Positions 22,501-35,061 of a DNA stretch of 64,000 nt are shown here, in pieces (position 1 is the first letter of the stretch; each line of letters starts with the position of its first letter). Location of the stretch: positions 15,022 through 79,021 of the forward strand of contig NW_005201327.1 in assembly GCF_000372725.1 (NCBI RefSeq), given 5' to 3'. The DNA comes from Emiliania huxleyi CCMP1516 (taxonomy: Eukaryota). A program made the position numbers and the translations under genes. The notes beneath the pieces are model-generated. The model had not been told where the DNA came from. It ran no database searches and saw nothing but the letters and a program-made list of their open reading frames with translations.

Positions 22501-25500
22501 CGCTGCAGGCGTCGGTGCTCCGGAACGGCGAGGTGGCCACGATCACCGCCGCCGGCAAGAACATGCGCGCCGAGTCGAAGCTGGCGAGCGAGGCGTCGAA
22601 GAGTGCGGCCAAGGCGCAGGGCAAGGCGGACGCGCTGCGCGAGGCAAACAAGGAGAAGGTGTGGCTCGGGCGGCACAAGCTGCTGGACGCGTGGGTCAAG
22701 CACGCAGGCGTGCTCGGCAAGCGCGGCCACGACGTCGGCTGGTTCGGCGAGTGGCGGAGGGCGTGGGGCAAGCCGTACCTCAACCCGGCCGCGCTGGCGG
22801 CGGTGCAGAAGCGGATGCCGGCCGCGCAGCGCGAGGAGTGGGAGGCGCTCGTCCTGGGCGCCGAGGACACGTTCGCCTCGGAGGAGACTCTCGACGCGCG
22901 CGTGCAGGGGCTGCTGCAGGAGGCGAGGATGCACCGCTCGCAGGCGGAGTTCCACGCTGCGGAGGTGCAGTACCACGGCATGTTGAGCGAGAAGGACCCG
23001 CGCGCCGAGGCGCCGCCGCGCCTCGAGGCGGGGATTGTGCGCACGGAGCCGCCCGGCAAGGAGCGCCCCGGCCAGTTTGGCTCCGGCTACTACACCAACT
23101 GGGACGCTCGGCGCAACTGGATCTACGGCGAGCTGCGCACCGCGATGGCGCAGCCGCCGCCACGCGACTATGCGTGGAAGGGCGCCGCCGCCGAGCTCGC
23201 GCCTGCCGCGCCGGCGGCGAGCGCGCCGATGGTCTCGTACCCGAAGCCGGAGCTGCCGCGCGCCGAGGCCGCCGTCGCCAAGGCGGTGGCCAAGGCCGCG
23301 GCCGTGCCCGAGGTGTCGATGGGCACGCCCGTCTACACCGCCACCGCCGTCGAGGAGGACGCCGCCACCGCGAAGAGCGCGGCCGCCTTTGCGACAGCCG
23401 CCGAGCCGCTGCCGTACCCGGCCCCCTTCAGCCGTCCAGCCACTCCCGTCTCCGAGGCTAGGCGAGATGACCCGAGTGACCCCCGAGACTAGGCGATGCT
23501 CGTCAAGGGCTCCGTCTACGAGGCGTCCGCCGCAGGGCGGGTCGCCAGCCGCGCCACCTCCGGCCCGCCGCCCGCTGTCAGCCCCACCTTCGAGCTACCG
23601 GCGGCGCCGGCCGCGCCGGCCGCGCCGGCCGCGCCGGCGGCGCAGCAGGCGCAGCAGGTGATGCTGGTGGCGGTGCCGCCGGGGGTGTACCCGGGCATGC
23701 AGCTGCTCGTGGCGGCGCCGTCCGGAGGGCAGGTGCAGGTGACGGTGCCGCAGGGCGTCGGGCCAGGATCGCAGCTCCAGGTCGCCATCCCCGCCGTCGC
23801 GAGCTCGTCGCGCGGCTCGAGCGCGCCGCCGCCGCCGCCGCCGCCGCCGCCCGCCAACCCGGCCGCGACGGCGCCGTACCGCCCGCCAGCCCAGAAGCAG
23901 TACACCTACGCGCGCGGCGACCGGAAGTACTACCTCGACCAGCAGCAGTCGGGCTTCGGCGGGCTGGGAGGGTACCACCATTACCAGACGTACCGCCGCG
24001 ACACCGCGCTGATGGCGCACCGGCCGTACCACTACCGCCACTACGCGCATTCGTACTACTACCACGACCCCTTCTTCTGGGGGCTACCGTACTACGGCTA
24101 CCCAGGCTTCTACTGCTACGGCTGGAACCACCACCATTGCGGCTACTACGGCGGGTACCACGAACACCACCACCACCACCACCACCACGGCGAGGGCGAG
24201 GGCGAGGGCGGCGCCGACGACGCCGAGGGCGACGTCGGCGGCGACGAGGCTGTGGCGGACCCGGTCGGCGACGGCTTTGGCGAGGATACCGTCCTCGAGC
24301 CGGCCGCGGACGACCTTGCCGAGGACGCCGACGCCGACGCCGACATCGACGCCGGCGTGGGCGACGAGGCTGACGCGGTCGACATGTACGCCGGCGCTGG
24401 CCCGCGCGACTTGCCCGACGGCGGGCCGATGGGCGGAGGCGCAGATGCCGCACACTCAACACTATGCGCGCCCACAGAGGTGGGAACGCAGAGGCGAGGC
24501 TCTCTTCTCATAGGCGGCAGCGGGAGGGTGGCTGCCCTCGCAGCCTCAGAGCGGCGTCGCTTCGAAGAGGTTGCCGCCGCCGCCGCTGCCGCCGCCGCTG
24601 CTGCACGCGACGGCGGCGCGTGGCTGTCGATCGAGCGGCAGTGGGCTCGGCGCAAGGCCGAGGCGGAGGACAGCTTCTTCGGCCGGATGACGCCGCTGGC
24701 CTACGCGACGGTGCAGGGCTGGCTCGCGCCGCCGGAGGGTGCGCACTCTCCCCTGCTATGCTCCTCTGCTCCTGTCGGAGACGCCCGTCCGCGACATGTC
24801 CGCGACATGTCCCGCAGGCGATATGTCCGCGCGCGTCACCCTCGTGACGCAGTGCTCGCTCGACCGGCTCCCCCGCCTGCGCGCAACGCTCGAGGCGTGG
24901 CGCGGCCCCGCGTCGGCCTGCCGTCTTCGTCGACGCGCCGCTGCCCCTCGGACCTTTCTCTGAGCCCCCTCCGCACCTTCTTGCAGGTCGCGGTCTACAT
25001 CGACGCGCCGCGCGGTTCGGCCGCCGCCGCCGAGCGCGAGGCGGCGCTGGCGCAAGAGCGTCGCCACCTCCCCGCCGCCGTCTACACGCAGCTCTCGATC
25101 TCGCTGCTGTACGCGCGCGGCGGCGGCATGGCGGAGGGCGGCGCCGAGCCGGGCTCAGCCGAGGAGTACGATTCGCTCTACCCGATCAACGCGCTGCGCA
25201 ACCTCGCCGCTGGCGAGGCGCGCACCGAGCTCGTCTTCCTCCTCGACGTCGATTTCGTGCCCTCCGCAGGCTTGCTGCGCGAGCTGCAGCAGCAGCGGCC
25301 GGCGCTGCTCGACACGCTCGCCGCCTCGCGCACCGCGCTCGTCGTGCCGGCCTTCGAGGTCGACGCCGCCGCGCCGATGCCGCGCGTGCAGTCGTCGCTC
25401 TCTGCGCTGCTGCGGCGCGGCGCCGCCTCCTCCTTCCACGAGGCTCACTTCCGCCACGGGCACGGCCCCACCGACGCGGCGCGCTGGGCGACCGCTTCGG

Positions 25501-26015
25501 CGCCGTACGAGGTCGCCTTCGAGGAGTACTACGAGCCGTACATCATCGCCTCGCGCGCGTGGCTGCCAAATTACGACGAGCGCTTCCGCGGCTACGGCAT
25601 GAACAAGGTGCAGCACCTGCGCGCCGTCGCCGCCGCCGGCGCGCGCTTCGTCGTGCTGCCCCTCCACTTTGCCGCCGCGCATGAGCACGCGAAGTCGGCA
25701 GCTTGGACCCGTACCCTCGGCCCAGCCGCCCACCCAATGCACAAGATGCGCATCGCCGCGCTCTACGCACGCTTCAAGGCCGACGCGCCCCCGCTGCCGC
25801 CGCCGCCGCCGCCGCACACCCGCGCGCCGCTCGCCGCCACGCCGAGCGGTCCGGCCGAGACGGCACGGTCCGCCAAGAAGCACCGGGGCGACGAGGGCGG
25901 CGACGGCGCGGGCGCCGACGGATCGCCCGCCAAGCGGGCATGCTTGCCCGCCCGCCCGCCCGCCCGCCGCCCCGCACGCCCTCGCGGCAGGCAGGCCGTG
26001 CGGTCCGCCGCGTGA
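19521..26015 (+). CDS. Multi-exon protein: N-terminal MG motif, CARMIL-like PH/LRR region, Pro/His/Tyr-rich linker, C-terminal LARGE-like GT49 glycosyltransferase
   Basis: MGACFSC start; RI-type LRRs (LSVIDLSDNAVGD, LTLLDVSGNNLGDVGLSALGGALKLNRSLRRLEIDNN); GT49 motifs VTLVTQCSLDRL, YPINALRN, FLLDVDFVPS, YEPY, YDERFRGYGMNK. The ORFs are joined by short putative introns. Confidence 0.65.
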
Positions 26016-26297
26016 GGGCGCGCCCCGTGAGGCGGCGGCCGAGTGTCTCACAGAGAACTCAATGTATGATCTCACTTACAAGGTGTTGTAAACTCTGAAA
26101 ATACTCTTGCGTCGCCACGCCCGCGCACGCCCCTGCGGGATATCGATTGAGTAAGTGGGTGATCTTGATATGCTCACATAGTACTCAGCTGCTCCGCTTA
26201 TACCTACCTGTGAACGAGGTTCTTGTTTCTTATCACCCTACTGTGAACCTTCCTTAGGTCCGCCTCTCACACCCTCGCTGTCTGCGATGTGAGCTTC

Positions 26298-26430
26298 TGA
26301 GCACTTGAGCACTGGATAGGGTCGATTCCGCGTGGTACGGGACCCCTCGATCGTCTCGCCCTCCCTCTCTGGCGTGTTCATTGGGGGGGGTCATAACAAA
26401 CACGGTACAGGATCGAGGTGCACGCTGCCG
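26298..26430 (-). repeat. About 130-bp repeat with CAAGTGCTCA tail; second copy at 35467-35600 (+)
   Basis: Near-identical reverse complement of 35467-35600. Confidence 0.85.
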
Positions 26431-28440
26431 AAGCAGTGTCGTCCCCCCTCTCCCCGACGGCGATGGCGGTGTGACCGATCGAGGCATCGAGCTACAAGAG
26501 GAGCTTGTTCAGCAGGATCCGGGATGTCAGATGCACTACCTCACTGGGCCTGAGACCATCGTACGACAGCATCCCGTCACCGTCTCGGATTTATGTGGGG
26601 TCGAACCACTCCGGGATGGGCAAGCCCATCAATTACCATCTGGTTAATTGTCAAAATTCCTGTTGTGCAGAAAGGGGAGGGGGCTCTGACGGAGTGTGTG
26701 GCGGGAGAGGGCAGGGAAGGGGCGCGGGGGAGGGGGGGTGGGGGGGGCTCAGCCGTGCAAAAAGCATCAGTTAATAATTGTAATGAAGAAATATTGCTCG
26801 GCCGTTCATGAAGTCCGTCTCGATCTGGAGGAGACGGGTCAACCCCGTGAGGACCAGATCAGGTTCACATTGTCGTAGCCGGAGGGGATGTTGACCTTTA
26901 GCTCTTGGGGCCACCGTTCCGCTTTGGTTTTTTCCCCACAGACCACTCGGGCAACTTTTACCAAATGCCAAAGTTGCACTTGTTGGGCAAAGCTCCTTGT
27001 TAAATAAATGATAAATAAATAAATAGGTTGTAGGTTATTTATCGAGGTTGTAGATCTGAGAAGCTGGGAAAAGTTGTGTGTGTTTTTCTGTGACGCGCTG
27101 ACTTCTGACTGTCTTTGCTGTCTCTCCCTGGGCCGACGATTGTGGTCTGATCGTAAGTGCCCGCCGCCGCCGCCGCACGTTCACCTCGCTCGTTCGGGGC
27201 ATATGCTACCAGATCACAGTATGGGTTCGTATTCACAGCAGTACGGAGTCCCCTCCCTACCCCTGGAGTGTGGGAAAAGAATTTCACGGAGGACAGCTAA
27301 CTCTCTCTCACAGCAGACAGGCTCGACACAGGTGCGGACTGGCGGCGGCGGCGACGGCGGCGGCGCGTGCTAGGCAAAAGAATTACAAGAAAGGCAAAAG
27401 AATTCATCTTCCGGTGCTTGGCCCCGTGCAACAGCGGTCCGGCAGGCTGCCCCCAAGGCCCCCCGGGCCGCTGCGGGTTTGGGAGTTATGCTTAGGCACA
27501 GCTTCGGCGATGGCAGCCCCTCTCTGGGGTGTTGCATAGGCGGGGAGTCTCCCCCGCTGGTCTCCTCCTTCCCATTTTTTCTTTTCTTTTGAGAGCAGGA
27601 CGCCGGGTTTGTCTTGTATGTGCATGTCGGGCCTGGGTGTGTGTGAGGGGCAGAGGGGCGGGAGCGTGCGGGGCAGAGGCCCAACGTCGGGAGGCTTGTC
27701 GGGGTCCGGAGAATTCGAGGGGGGAACGAGGAGGGGGGAATGGGCGGTCGGCGTCGGGGTAGAAGCCGCAGGGCGTACGGGGTAGCCGTCACTTTCCCGC
27801 CTCGCAAGGGCGGGGCTGTCCCGGAAAGTGAGAAACGCCGGGCAGCGTGACGCATTACTGAACCCTCCCATACGTGTTTGAGGCTCCTCCTTTGCTGTCC
27901 CATCTCCCCATCTCTTTCCCGCCTGGGCGGGGCGGTGGGCGGGCGCGCGGCGCGGCGTGGCGTGTGAGTGTGCGCGACTGCGACGAAGGACCGCTCGCAG
28001 AGGACCATTGGGTTTGTACTATTAACAACGAAGGCGCTCTCAAAAAAGAATTCAACAAAACAGAACTCTCTCTCACCGACACAGGTTCGACACAGGTACC
28101 AAAAGGAGCACAGCAGACGGCAACCCCTTAGGCGCCGTCGAAGAGACCGGCCCACCTGGCCGGCCGCTCTTCCCCCCTCCCCTCGAAAGCGCGCTCAATC
28201 GCTCGCTCGTCGCACTCCACCCCCCGAGCCCACCTTGCCGCGCTGCGGGCCTCCCGCCGCCGGCCATCGCGGGACCGCCGCCCGCCGCCACCCCCCCCAC
28301 TCCCCCGCGCCGCCCGCGCTCTCAAAAAAGAATTCAGTTGTCTGTTTCGGCGTGTCCTCAAAATCTCTGCTCTGAAATCCTGCTCTGCACGTGGGGACTC
28401 TGGCCTCTCTTCATTCTCTCGTCGCCGCTGTGCTCTCGCT

Positions 28441-29295
28441 GTGCTCTCAACTGTTGCGTGTCGCATGTCCAAGTACCAAACGCGTCCAGAACTGTCGGGC
28501 GTGCCTACACTGGTCGATAGGTGGCAACCCGACACTGCGACCTTCATTTTCCGCTGCACCGACACGGAGACCAACGCCCTCGGGCAAACCGAGCAAAGGC
28601 TCCTCTCATCGCTCAACATGAGTCCTCTCGTTCGTGCGGGCGATCAGTTCATTCCGACGAGTTGGTACAGCGCGTGGTTTGCCCGACTTTGTGGGGTGTG
28701 CGTGCTTGATCTCATCCCGTACAAGCTGATGATCACAGAGGCCACCCCAACGACCTTCGTGACGAGGCACAAGGTCTGTGGGATGATCGCACCAAAGCAC
28801 GTACGCTCTGACACGTGGCAAGTCGCGTCACTGGCGCCACTCACCATCAAGAGCACTGGGACGGTATGCTCGTGTTGCACGTTCTGCATCACGTGCGGCA
28901 GATCGTCCGGAACCACGTACGAGCAAGAGCTGGTGGCAGAGGATGCCGCGATCTCCTTTGGGATCACGCCGCAGGAGCTGCAGCGCGAGTGAAGCCCCGT
29001 CGACTCGAATGAGAGAGCGTTCCCGACGAGACCAGCGTGTTGTCAACGGGGATCTCCCCCCTTATAGGCTCCCTTCCCAGCCCAAGCAGCCAAAGCCATC
29101 CATGGACTACGTGGCGAAGCAGCGCCAAGCCAACACGCCGCTGCCGCAGGACGAGGATCCCCACCCCCCTGCCTAGCTGGATGTCCTCCTCCCATCCCTC
29201 ATTTGGCGTGTCTGTTTTCTTCGTTCTTTTTCCTGATCCTCGACGCAACCCTAGCTGTGCGGCTGTCCGTTTAGCGTTTTCTTTCTTTCTCTCTC
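28441..29295 (+). mobile_element. Possible degenerate non-LTR retroelement 3' portion
   Basis: ORF remnant followed by CCTCCCATCCCTC..GTCTGTTTTC and a TTTC-rich tail resembling the family at 912-2138. Confidence 0.35.
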
Positions 29296-30971
29296 GTGAG
29301 CGGCCCAGGCGAGTCTTGCGTGCAACACCCACATTCAATTTCAAAACTCCGTTGCGCGTCTTAGCACAATTTGTCTAAAGTATGGGCCCCGGACTTGTGC
29401 TAACTCAGCCGCGTCGAGACGTGACGCGCTGTGGACAGGTAAGTGGCGCTCATCGGGGGATGCTTTGGGGCACCGGTGCCGACCGTGTCGTCGTGTCTGG
29501 GCGCTTATCTTGAGTAAGTAAGGCTCGCGCCTACACGTATGGACTTGGTCCTCCCGCGTTGCGCGGATATGAGGGAAGCTACCAACGATGTGGGCCCCCA
29601 CGTGGTATGGGGGCGAGAGGCCGCGGGCGTTGGCGTGGACTGCGCCTCATGAACGATCATCACCACCCGTCCGCCCGCCTCCGCCGTGGCTACTAGACAT
29701 GCGCTTTTGGCCGGTAGCCTCTTCGGACATGGTACCGACCGGTGAGTGCACGGAGTGAGCAGTGCGGCACTGAGGCCGACATGAGAGCTGGTGCGGCACA
29801 CAAGCGAGATGTGTTGCCGCACAGCATTTCCGGCTTACGCTCGATACGTTGGCTGGCACCATGGGCACGTGCGCGAGCCGTGGTGATTGGCTGGGCACAG
29901 AGGCTCGGCGCACGGTGGCACAGCGGCCGCCAACTGCTCGGCACGGAGGCTGAGCAGAATGAGTACAACCGCAACATCAACTTGGGTGCTTGCGGATCTT
30001 CTGCGACAGAGCGCATCTCCGCCAGCACTGCGGCTGTGTGGACACGAGTATCCCCTCTTGCTTCTCCTTACCGGTCCGTTCTCCTCGCCTACGGACCACC
30101 ATCGCAGCTGCTGCCTCCGCTACCAGCTCTCGGGCTGCTGCAACGGCAGTTACCGCAAAGATCTCGCACCGAATTTGGACCCTGCCTTTCGCCGCCGCTA
30201 CTTCCGACGTCGCCGCTCGACACGACCGGAGCTGTACGCGATGAACACGCGACGATCGACACGCCCTCTCTGCCTTGTGTGGCGATTACCACGTCGTGGG
30301 GGAGTGTTGGGCATCTGTTCGACGTGGCAATGCCACTCTACCTCATTGCTGTCTCTTCCTCGTCTCGCCTCCTCGCGCTAGCCCGTCCCGCTGTCCAACG
30401 CCTCTGGCAAGAAGTCCAATGCGCCTCTACGAGCGTCTCTGCCGTCTGGACGTCTGAGACTGAGCCTGCCATCTCCGACGTCGGCGGCCCGTGGCGCAAC
30501 ATCAACGTTCGGGGCATTGAAGATCGTCCTCACATCCCTGATGCGCTCATCCGCGTCAACGCGGCGAGGCCTCCCAACGGCCCGATCGCCGCGCCGCAAG
30601 GGGGCGCCCCCGCTGCCGCTCCCGCGCCCGCCGCGCCTGCCGCGCCCGCTCAAGCCGCCGCCCCGCGACGCTCAGCCCGGATTGCAGCTCGCGGCGCGCC
30701 ATGACCGAGCTCCACAACGAGCTCCTGTTGCTTCATTATCTCCCCTTTCTCTCTCTCCGCCCACTCGGCCGCGCTTTGACCCCTTCACTGGATCATCTTA
30801 GCGCGCAAGTCTTGCCAACAAGCAAGACCATCCTTCGCGAAGACGCAAGGTTGGACGCTTAGCCAGCCCCGCGAGACGCCGGCGGGTAACCGGCATACCT
30901 ACGCTCAGACACGTTCACACTCTGCTGTTGTTGTCTGCCGCATCCTCATTCATGAAGACTGCGGAGACAAT

Positions 30972-31191
30972 GGGGGAGTGTTGGAGAGTGTGAACTCAAA
31001 CCTACTTCCCGACCGTAGCCTGACCGTCCTTGTGTAACCGTCTCATGTTTGGTTTGTCCTGCCGCGCACATTGTCATCGACTCGTATCCGACTTGGTGGG
31101 CCTGGCTGTGATGATGTAGCGATGGTGTGGGTCTCTAGTGACCTATACAGCTCCTCCGTGTTCCGTCTCCTGACATGGTACCTCCGGTGAG
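30972..31191 (+). mobile_element. LTR (30979-31175) with upstream PPT and downstream PBS; degenerate gag-like sequence follows
   Basis: GGGGGAG|TGTTGGAGA...TCTCCTGACA|TGGTACCTCCGGTGAG. A similar PBS-like motif lies at 29730 and a PPT+TGTTGG at 30298. Confidence 0.55.
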
Positions 31192-32384
31192 ATAGTGGCT
31201 GCCAGTTCGAGACTGGGGCCGATCGAACTTGATTTGTTCGGAGGAGGAATCCGGCCAGCACGAGAAGCGGTCACGCACAAGATGATCGACACGGGCATGG
31301 AGAACTGGCGCTGAGATAGATCTACACCATCGCCCCGATGCAAGTCCACCTCGACGGAGGAGAGGAGGAGGAACTACGGCGACCGCCGCGAGGGGGCGGA
31401 GCGCTCTCGCTCGAGGCCGCTCCGAACGGCTAACGACGGCGACGAGAGTGACGGCTCGAACACCACCGATTAGAGCGAGTCGCGACCGGCGAGGCGGGCA
31501 GGCGACCGGTGCGTCTACCAGCGCGCGGACTACGGCACGCGCCTCCTCGAGACGCTCTGCCCGGCAGGCACTCCGCTGGCGGAGAACACGCGCCTCCTCC
31601 TCTCGGTGAGAGTGGCCAAAGAGATGGGCATTGACGAGGATGACTATCCACGGTCGAACCAGGCGTGGTCAGCCGAGGCGACAGAGCGCGTCGGGCGCGG
31701 CGAGTGCACGCCTGAATGGCGGAGAACCGCATCCGGACACCGGACACGCGGTCCGCGACATCTTCTCCTCCGCCGCCGCTGGCTCAGACAGGAGGAGAGG
31801 TAGGAGTGGAGATCGCGACCAGCACCGCCGGCACTCTCGAGCCGGAGCCGCCGCCGCTCTCGCTTGCGCTCGCGATCGTGGCGGAGGCACAGCTACGTGG
31901 ACCGCGAGCGGTCGACCTGGCGGAGCGCGCAAAATTTCAATAGCGGCCGCAGGCACGGGAGGAGGCGACGGGACGGCGCAACTACACTACAAGCCGCTCG
32001 AGGCAGTCGGAGGTAGGTAGGTAGGTCGGAAACAAAAAATCGGTGATTTCCCCTCTAAAAAGGTTTAATGTGTACAGTTATACGCGTGCGAGGCTTGCGA
32101 TCATGCTCACTAATCCTCCCCTCCCCCCTCAGCCCCACTCTTGAGCCAGACCGGCACACCGCCGGGGCGGCGCCGGGGGCGTGTCGCGTGCACATGTACT
32201 GGTCGTGTGTCTGTGTGTCAATGACGGCGGGATCGCAAATCGCGTGTGAGACTCATGTCACGGACTACTTCATGCCTGAGAGGTCGCTGAACTTTATTCG
32301 TTTTGACAGTCAGCAGATCCTTTTTCTCAGCGAGTGTGAGAGCCTCCAGCATCTCCATAGACTGATCCTAGACTCCAACCGAGA

Positions 32385-33623
32385 CTAGATCCCACGAGCT
32401 ACCTCGACAATCGAGACGGGCTCAGATGCGTGCAAGGGGTGGTTGATACCCCTCCTGACCTGCCTTACGATGAGCAGCTTTCGGCCGAAAGGCTCGATGC
32501 TCACGACTTCCAGGTCATTCCGCCCCTCCTGCATGCTATAGACCTGCAGCACGCGCCCCTCGGGCGTCAGCACGAACACTCGGCGGCCACAGCGGCTCCT
32601 CGACAAGTGGAGTCCGCGGCCGTATCTCGAGGAGAATGGCCGCTGCTCCACGAGATAGAGCCTGTCCTGCACAAAGCGAAGGTGGGTCGGCCCTCCCCAT
32701 TCGCCGAGTATCTCTCGCAAATGTGCCCCCGCCAGCGAGAACGCATGGACACATCTCCGTTCCGCGTCGCCAACATAGAGCTCGCTGTGCACGATGGCGA
32801 TACCACTCGGCAAACATGCGTCTGGGAGCCCGAATACGTCTTCGCCGAACTCGGATCGGAGCACGAGTGAGCGGGCGTCGAGGCGAACCAACTTACTACC
32901 ACCCTCCCCTACGCAGATGGCGAAAGCGACACCATCTGGACCGACGGCGAGCTCACTATAGGCAAAGAAAGATTGGTAGCCGGCTGCGTCGTATCTGTTC
33001 TCGGCGAGCACTGCGCCATCGGACAGACGAAGGCGACGCACCAGAGGCGCCGAGCCCACGGCGTATGGGCCATGGATGGCATCAGTCTCGCCGCACGCGT
33101 AGATGCAGACGGACGTCACAACGAGGTTGTGAAGACTGCCCGCTTCAGTAAAGGCAGCGAGGGTAAACGTGTGGAGCGGGCGCAGCTCCGCGTCCATGAC
33201 GTAAATCGTCCTGCTGCCACTCTCCTTCACACAAATGATCTCGTCGGATGGGCTCGCCGCAATCATCCGGATCGGAAAGCCAAGCTCCACGGTCCCAGGC
33301 TCTACTGCCCGCAACCCACGCCGCGTTTGCATCGTCTCGGCCCACGCCTGCTGCCAGCTACGGCACACGGACGCAGCCGCAGCGTCCCAGATGTCAAGCG
33401 GGGCAAGAACCACCCGCAGAAGGTCGGCCGAGCCGAGGACCGCGTCGACAGCCATTTGTGACGGCTTCAGGATCGCTTCAGCGATGGCGATGTGCCGCTT
33501 GCACTCCTCGTCCCACTCGTACGCCTCCCAGCAGTCTGTGCAGTAGGACAACCAGGGATTTGAAAGGTCAGGTGCCAGCGATCGCTGGACACCGCACGCG
33601 GCGCAGACTGCTGGGACCATCAT
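32385..33623 (-). CDS. CxxC..CxxC finger + F-box-like + NHL-type beta-propeller protein
   Basis: CAAC..CTDC; VLGSADLLRVVLAPL..AASVCRSWQQA; PSGIAIVHSELYVGDAERRCVHAFSLAGAHLREI. Confidence 0.7.
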   Translation of the reverse strand: MMVPAVCAACGVQRSLAPDLSNPWLSYCTDCWEAYEWDEECKRHIAIAEAILKPSQMAVDAVLGSADLLRVVLAPLDIWDAAAASVCRSWQQAWAETMQTRRGLRAVEPGTVELGFPIRMIAASPSDEIICVKESGSRTIYVMDAELRPLHTFTLAAFTEAGSLHNLVVTSVCIYACGETDAIHGPYAVGSAPLVRRLRLSDGAVLAENRYDAAGYQSFFAYSELAVGPDGVAFAICVGEGGSKLVRLDARSLVLRSEFGEDVFGLPDACLPSGIAIVHSELYVGDAERRCVHAFSLAGAHLREILGEWGGPTHLRFVQDRLYLVEQRPFSSRYGRGLHLSRSRCGRRVFVLTPEGRVLQVYSMQEGRNDLEVVSIEPFGRKLLIVRQVRRGINHPLHASEPVSIVEVARGI

Positions 33624-34360
33624 GAAGGGGAGTGCAACGCGCAATTTCTTCTTTGTCTCTCTCGAGGCACGGCTGGCACCTGTGGCGCGGGGCTCGTCTT
33701 CGGAAAGACCAGGATCGCTCTACTGGCAAAGTTCTGGCTGACACGCGCGCCCGGTCGAGCCTTCGGCGGGCGCGCTGCGGTCGCACGCCTACCCAAGTCA
33801 TATGCCACGGCGTGCGATCTAGATTCAGCACACGCGCCTCTGCTCGCAACCACTCATCCAATGAACTGTCGTCACCCATGAGTGCGAGTTAGGGCTAGCG
33901 GCTGGCCAATAGCCTGTGAGGAGGGCGTCCATAGACACCTCACAAGACCCCACACACGGTCTCGTCCGTGCCTTGCGGCCGGCGACGAGATTGCTAGAGG
34001 CGGAGCAAGCCTGCTCTAGTCTCACACGTTCGCCCCTGTCGCCTGTCTGTGTTGTTGTGCTGTTGTTTGTCTCTTGGCACCTTGGAGTGCTGGGGGGGGC
34101 GACAGGGGGGACGTGGCCTGAGTGATGTGTACGCCCACTCAGGATGTGTGGCAGCCCGCTGGCTGTGTGTCTTGTGAGCTTGTTTGTGTCTGTGTGTCGC
34201 TCGTGCGTGTCGTCATCATCTGTCTTGCGTCCACCCATACCGCGTTGGTGTCCAGTCCGAGCCTGACTGTTCTTCACCTTACTACATACATACATACATC
34301 GAGGTTCTCGAGGTGGATATCCTTTGGCCGCGTTGGGTAGCGAGGATTGGTGTCTTTCTT

Positions 34361-35061
34361 TTTCGTCGAGGTTGCAGCGAGAAGCGGCGAGAGACTGCGA
34401 AAAGAGATACGAAGAGGCAGACTCCCCAGGGTGGGCGACGGCTAGCGCATCACACTCTCCTCTCCTTAAAATCCCTGTGTGGTGGCGGCGTGCCGTTCTC
34501 CCATCCCTCCCTTGGGTTGTGTGTTTTCTTTCTTTCTTTTCGTCGAGGGACTGGCAGGCGGCGGCGCCGCAGGACGAGGCAGAAGAGAACGACGCGACAG
34601 AGGAGGAAGTGACAAGGGAGAGAGCGACGAGAGAGAGTGGGACGGCCGCGAGGTGGCATGAAGGTTGCAGCGAGAAGCGGCGAGAGACTGCGAAAAGAGA
34701 TACGAAGAGGCAGACTCCCCAGGGTGGGCGACGGCTAGCGCATCACACTCCTCTCCTTAAAATCCCTGTGTGGTGGCGGCGTGCCGTTCTCCCATCCCTC
34801 CCTTGGGTTCTCTGTTTTCTTTCTTTCTTTCGTCGAGGTGGCATGAAGGTTGCAGCGAGAAGCGGCGAGAGACTGCGAAGAGAGATAGGAAGAGGCAGAC
34901 TCCCTAGGGTGGGCGACGGCTAGCGCATCACACACCTCTCCTTAAAATCCCTGTGTGGTGGCGGCGTGCCGTCCTCCCATCCCTCCCTTGGGTTGCGTGT
35001 TTTCTTTCTTTCTTTCTTTCGTCCTCCCATCCCTCCCTTGGGTTGTCTGTTTTCTTTCTTT
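34361..35061 (+). mobile_element. Four tandem 5'-truncated copies of the (TTTC)n-tailed non-LTR element
   Basis: Units near-identical to 961-1242, separated by TTTCGTCGAGG (34361, 34538, 34828) and TTTCGTC (about 35017). Confidence 0.85.

Noticed and set aside
20490..22976. Long antisense ORFs (also 36878-39226, 11770-13386, 62328-63623)
   Set aside because: Shadow frames of GC-rich genes on the opposite strand, with no motifs of their own.
26060..26135. Short repeat shared with 42224-42306; also GCGCTCTCAAA motifs at 28034, 28316 and 60813
   Set aside because: Real similarity, but too short to define an element or function.
29375..29395. Copia-type PBS-like TATGGGCCC
   Set aside because: Imperfect match with no matching LTR pair.
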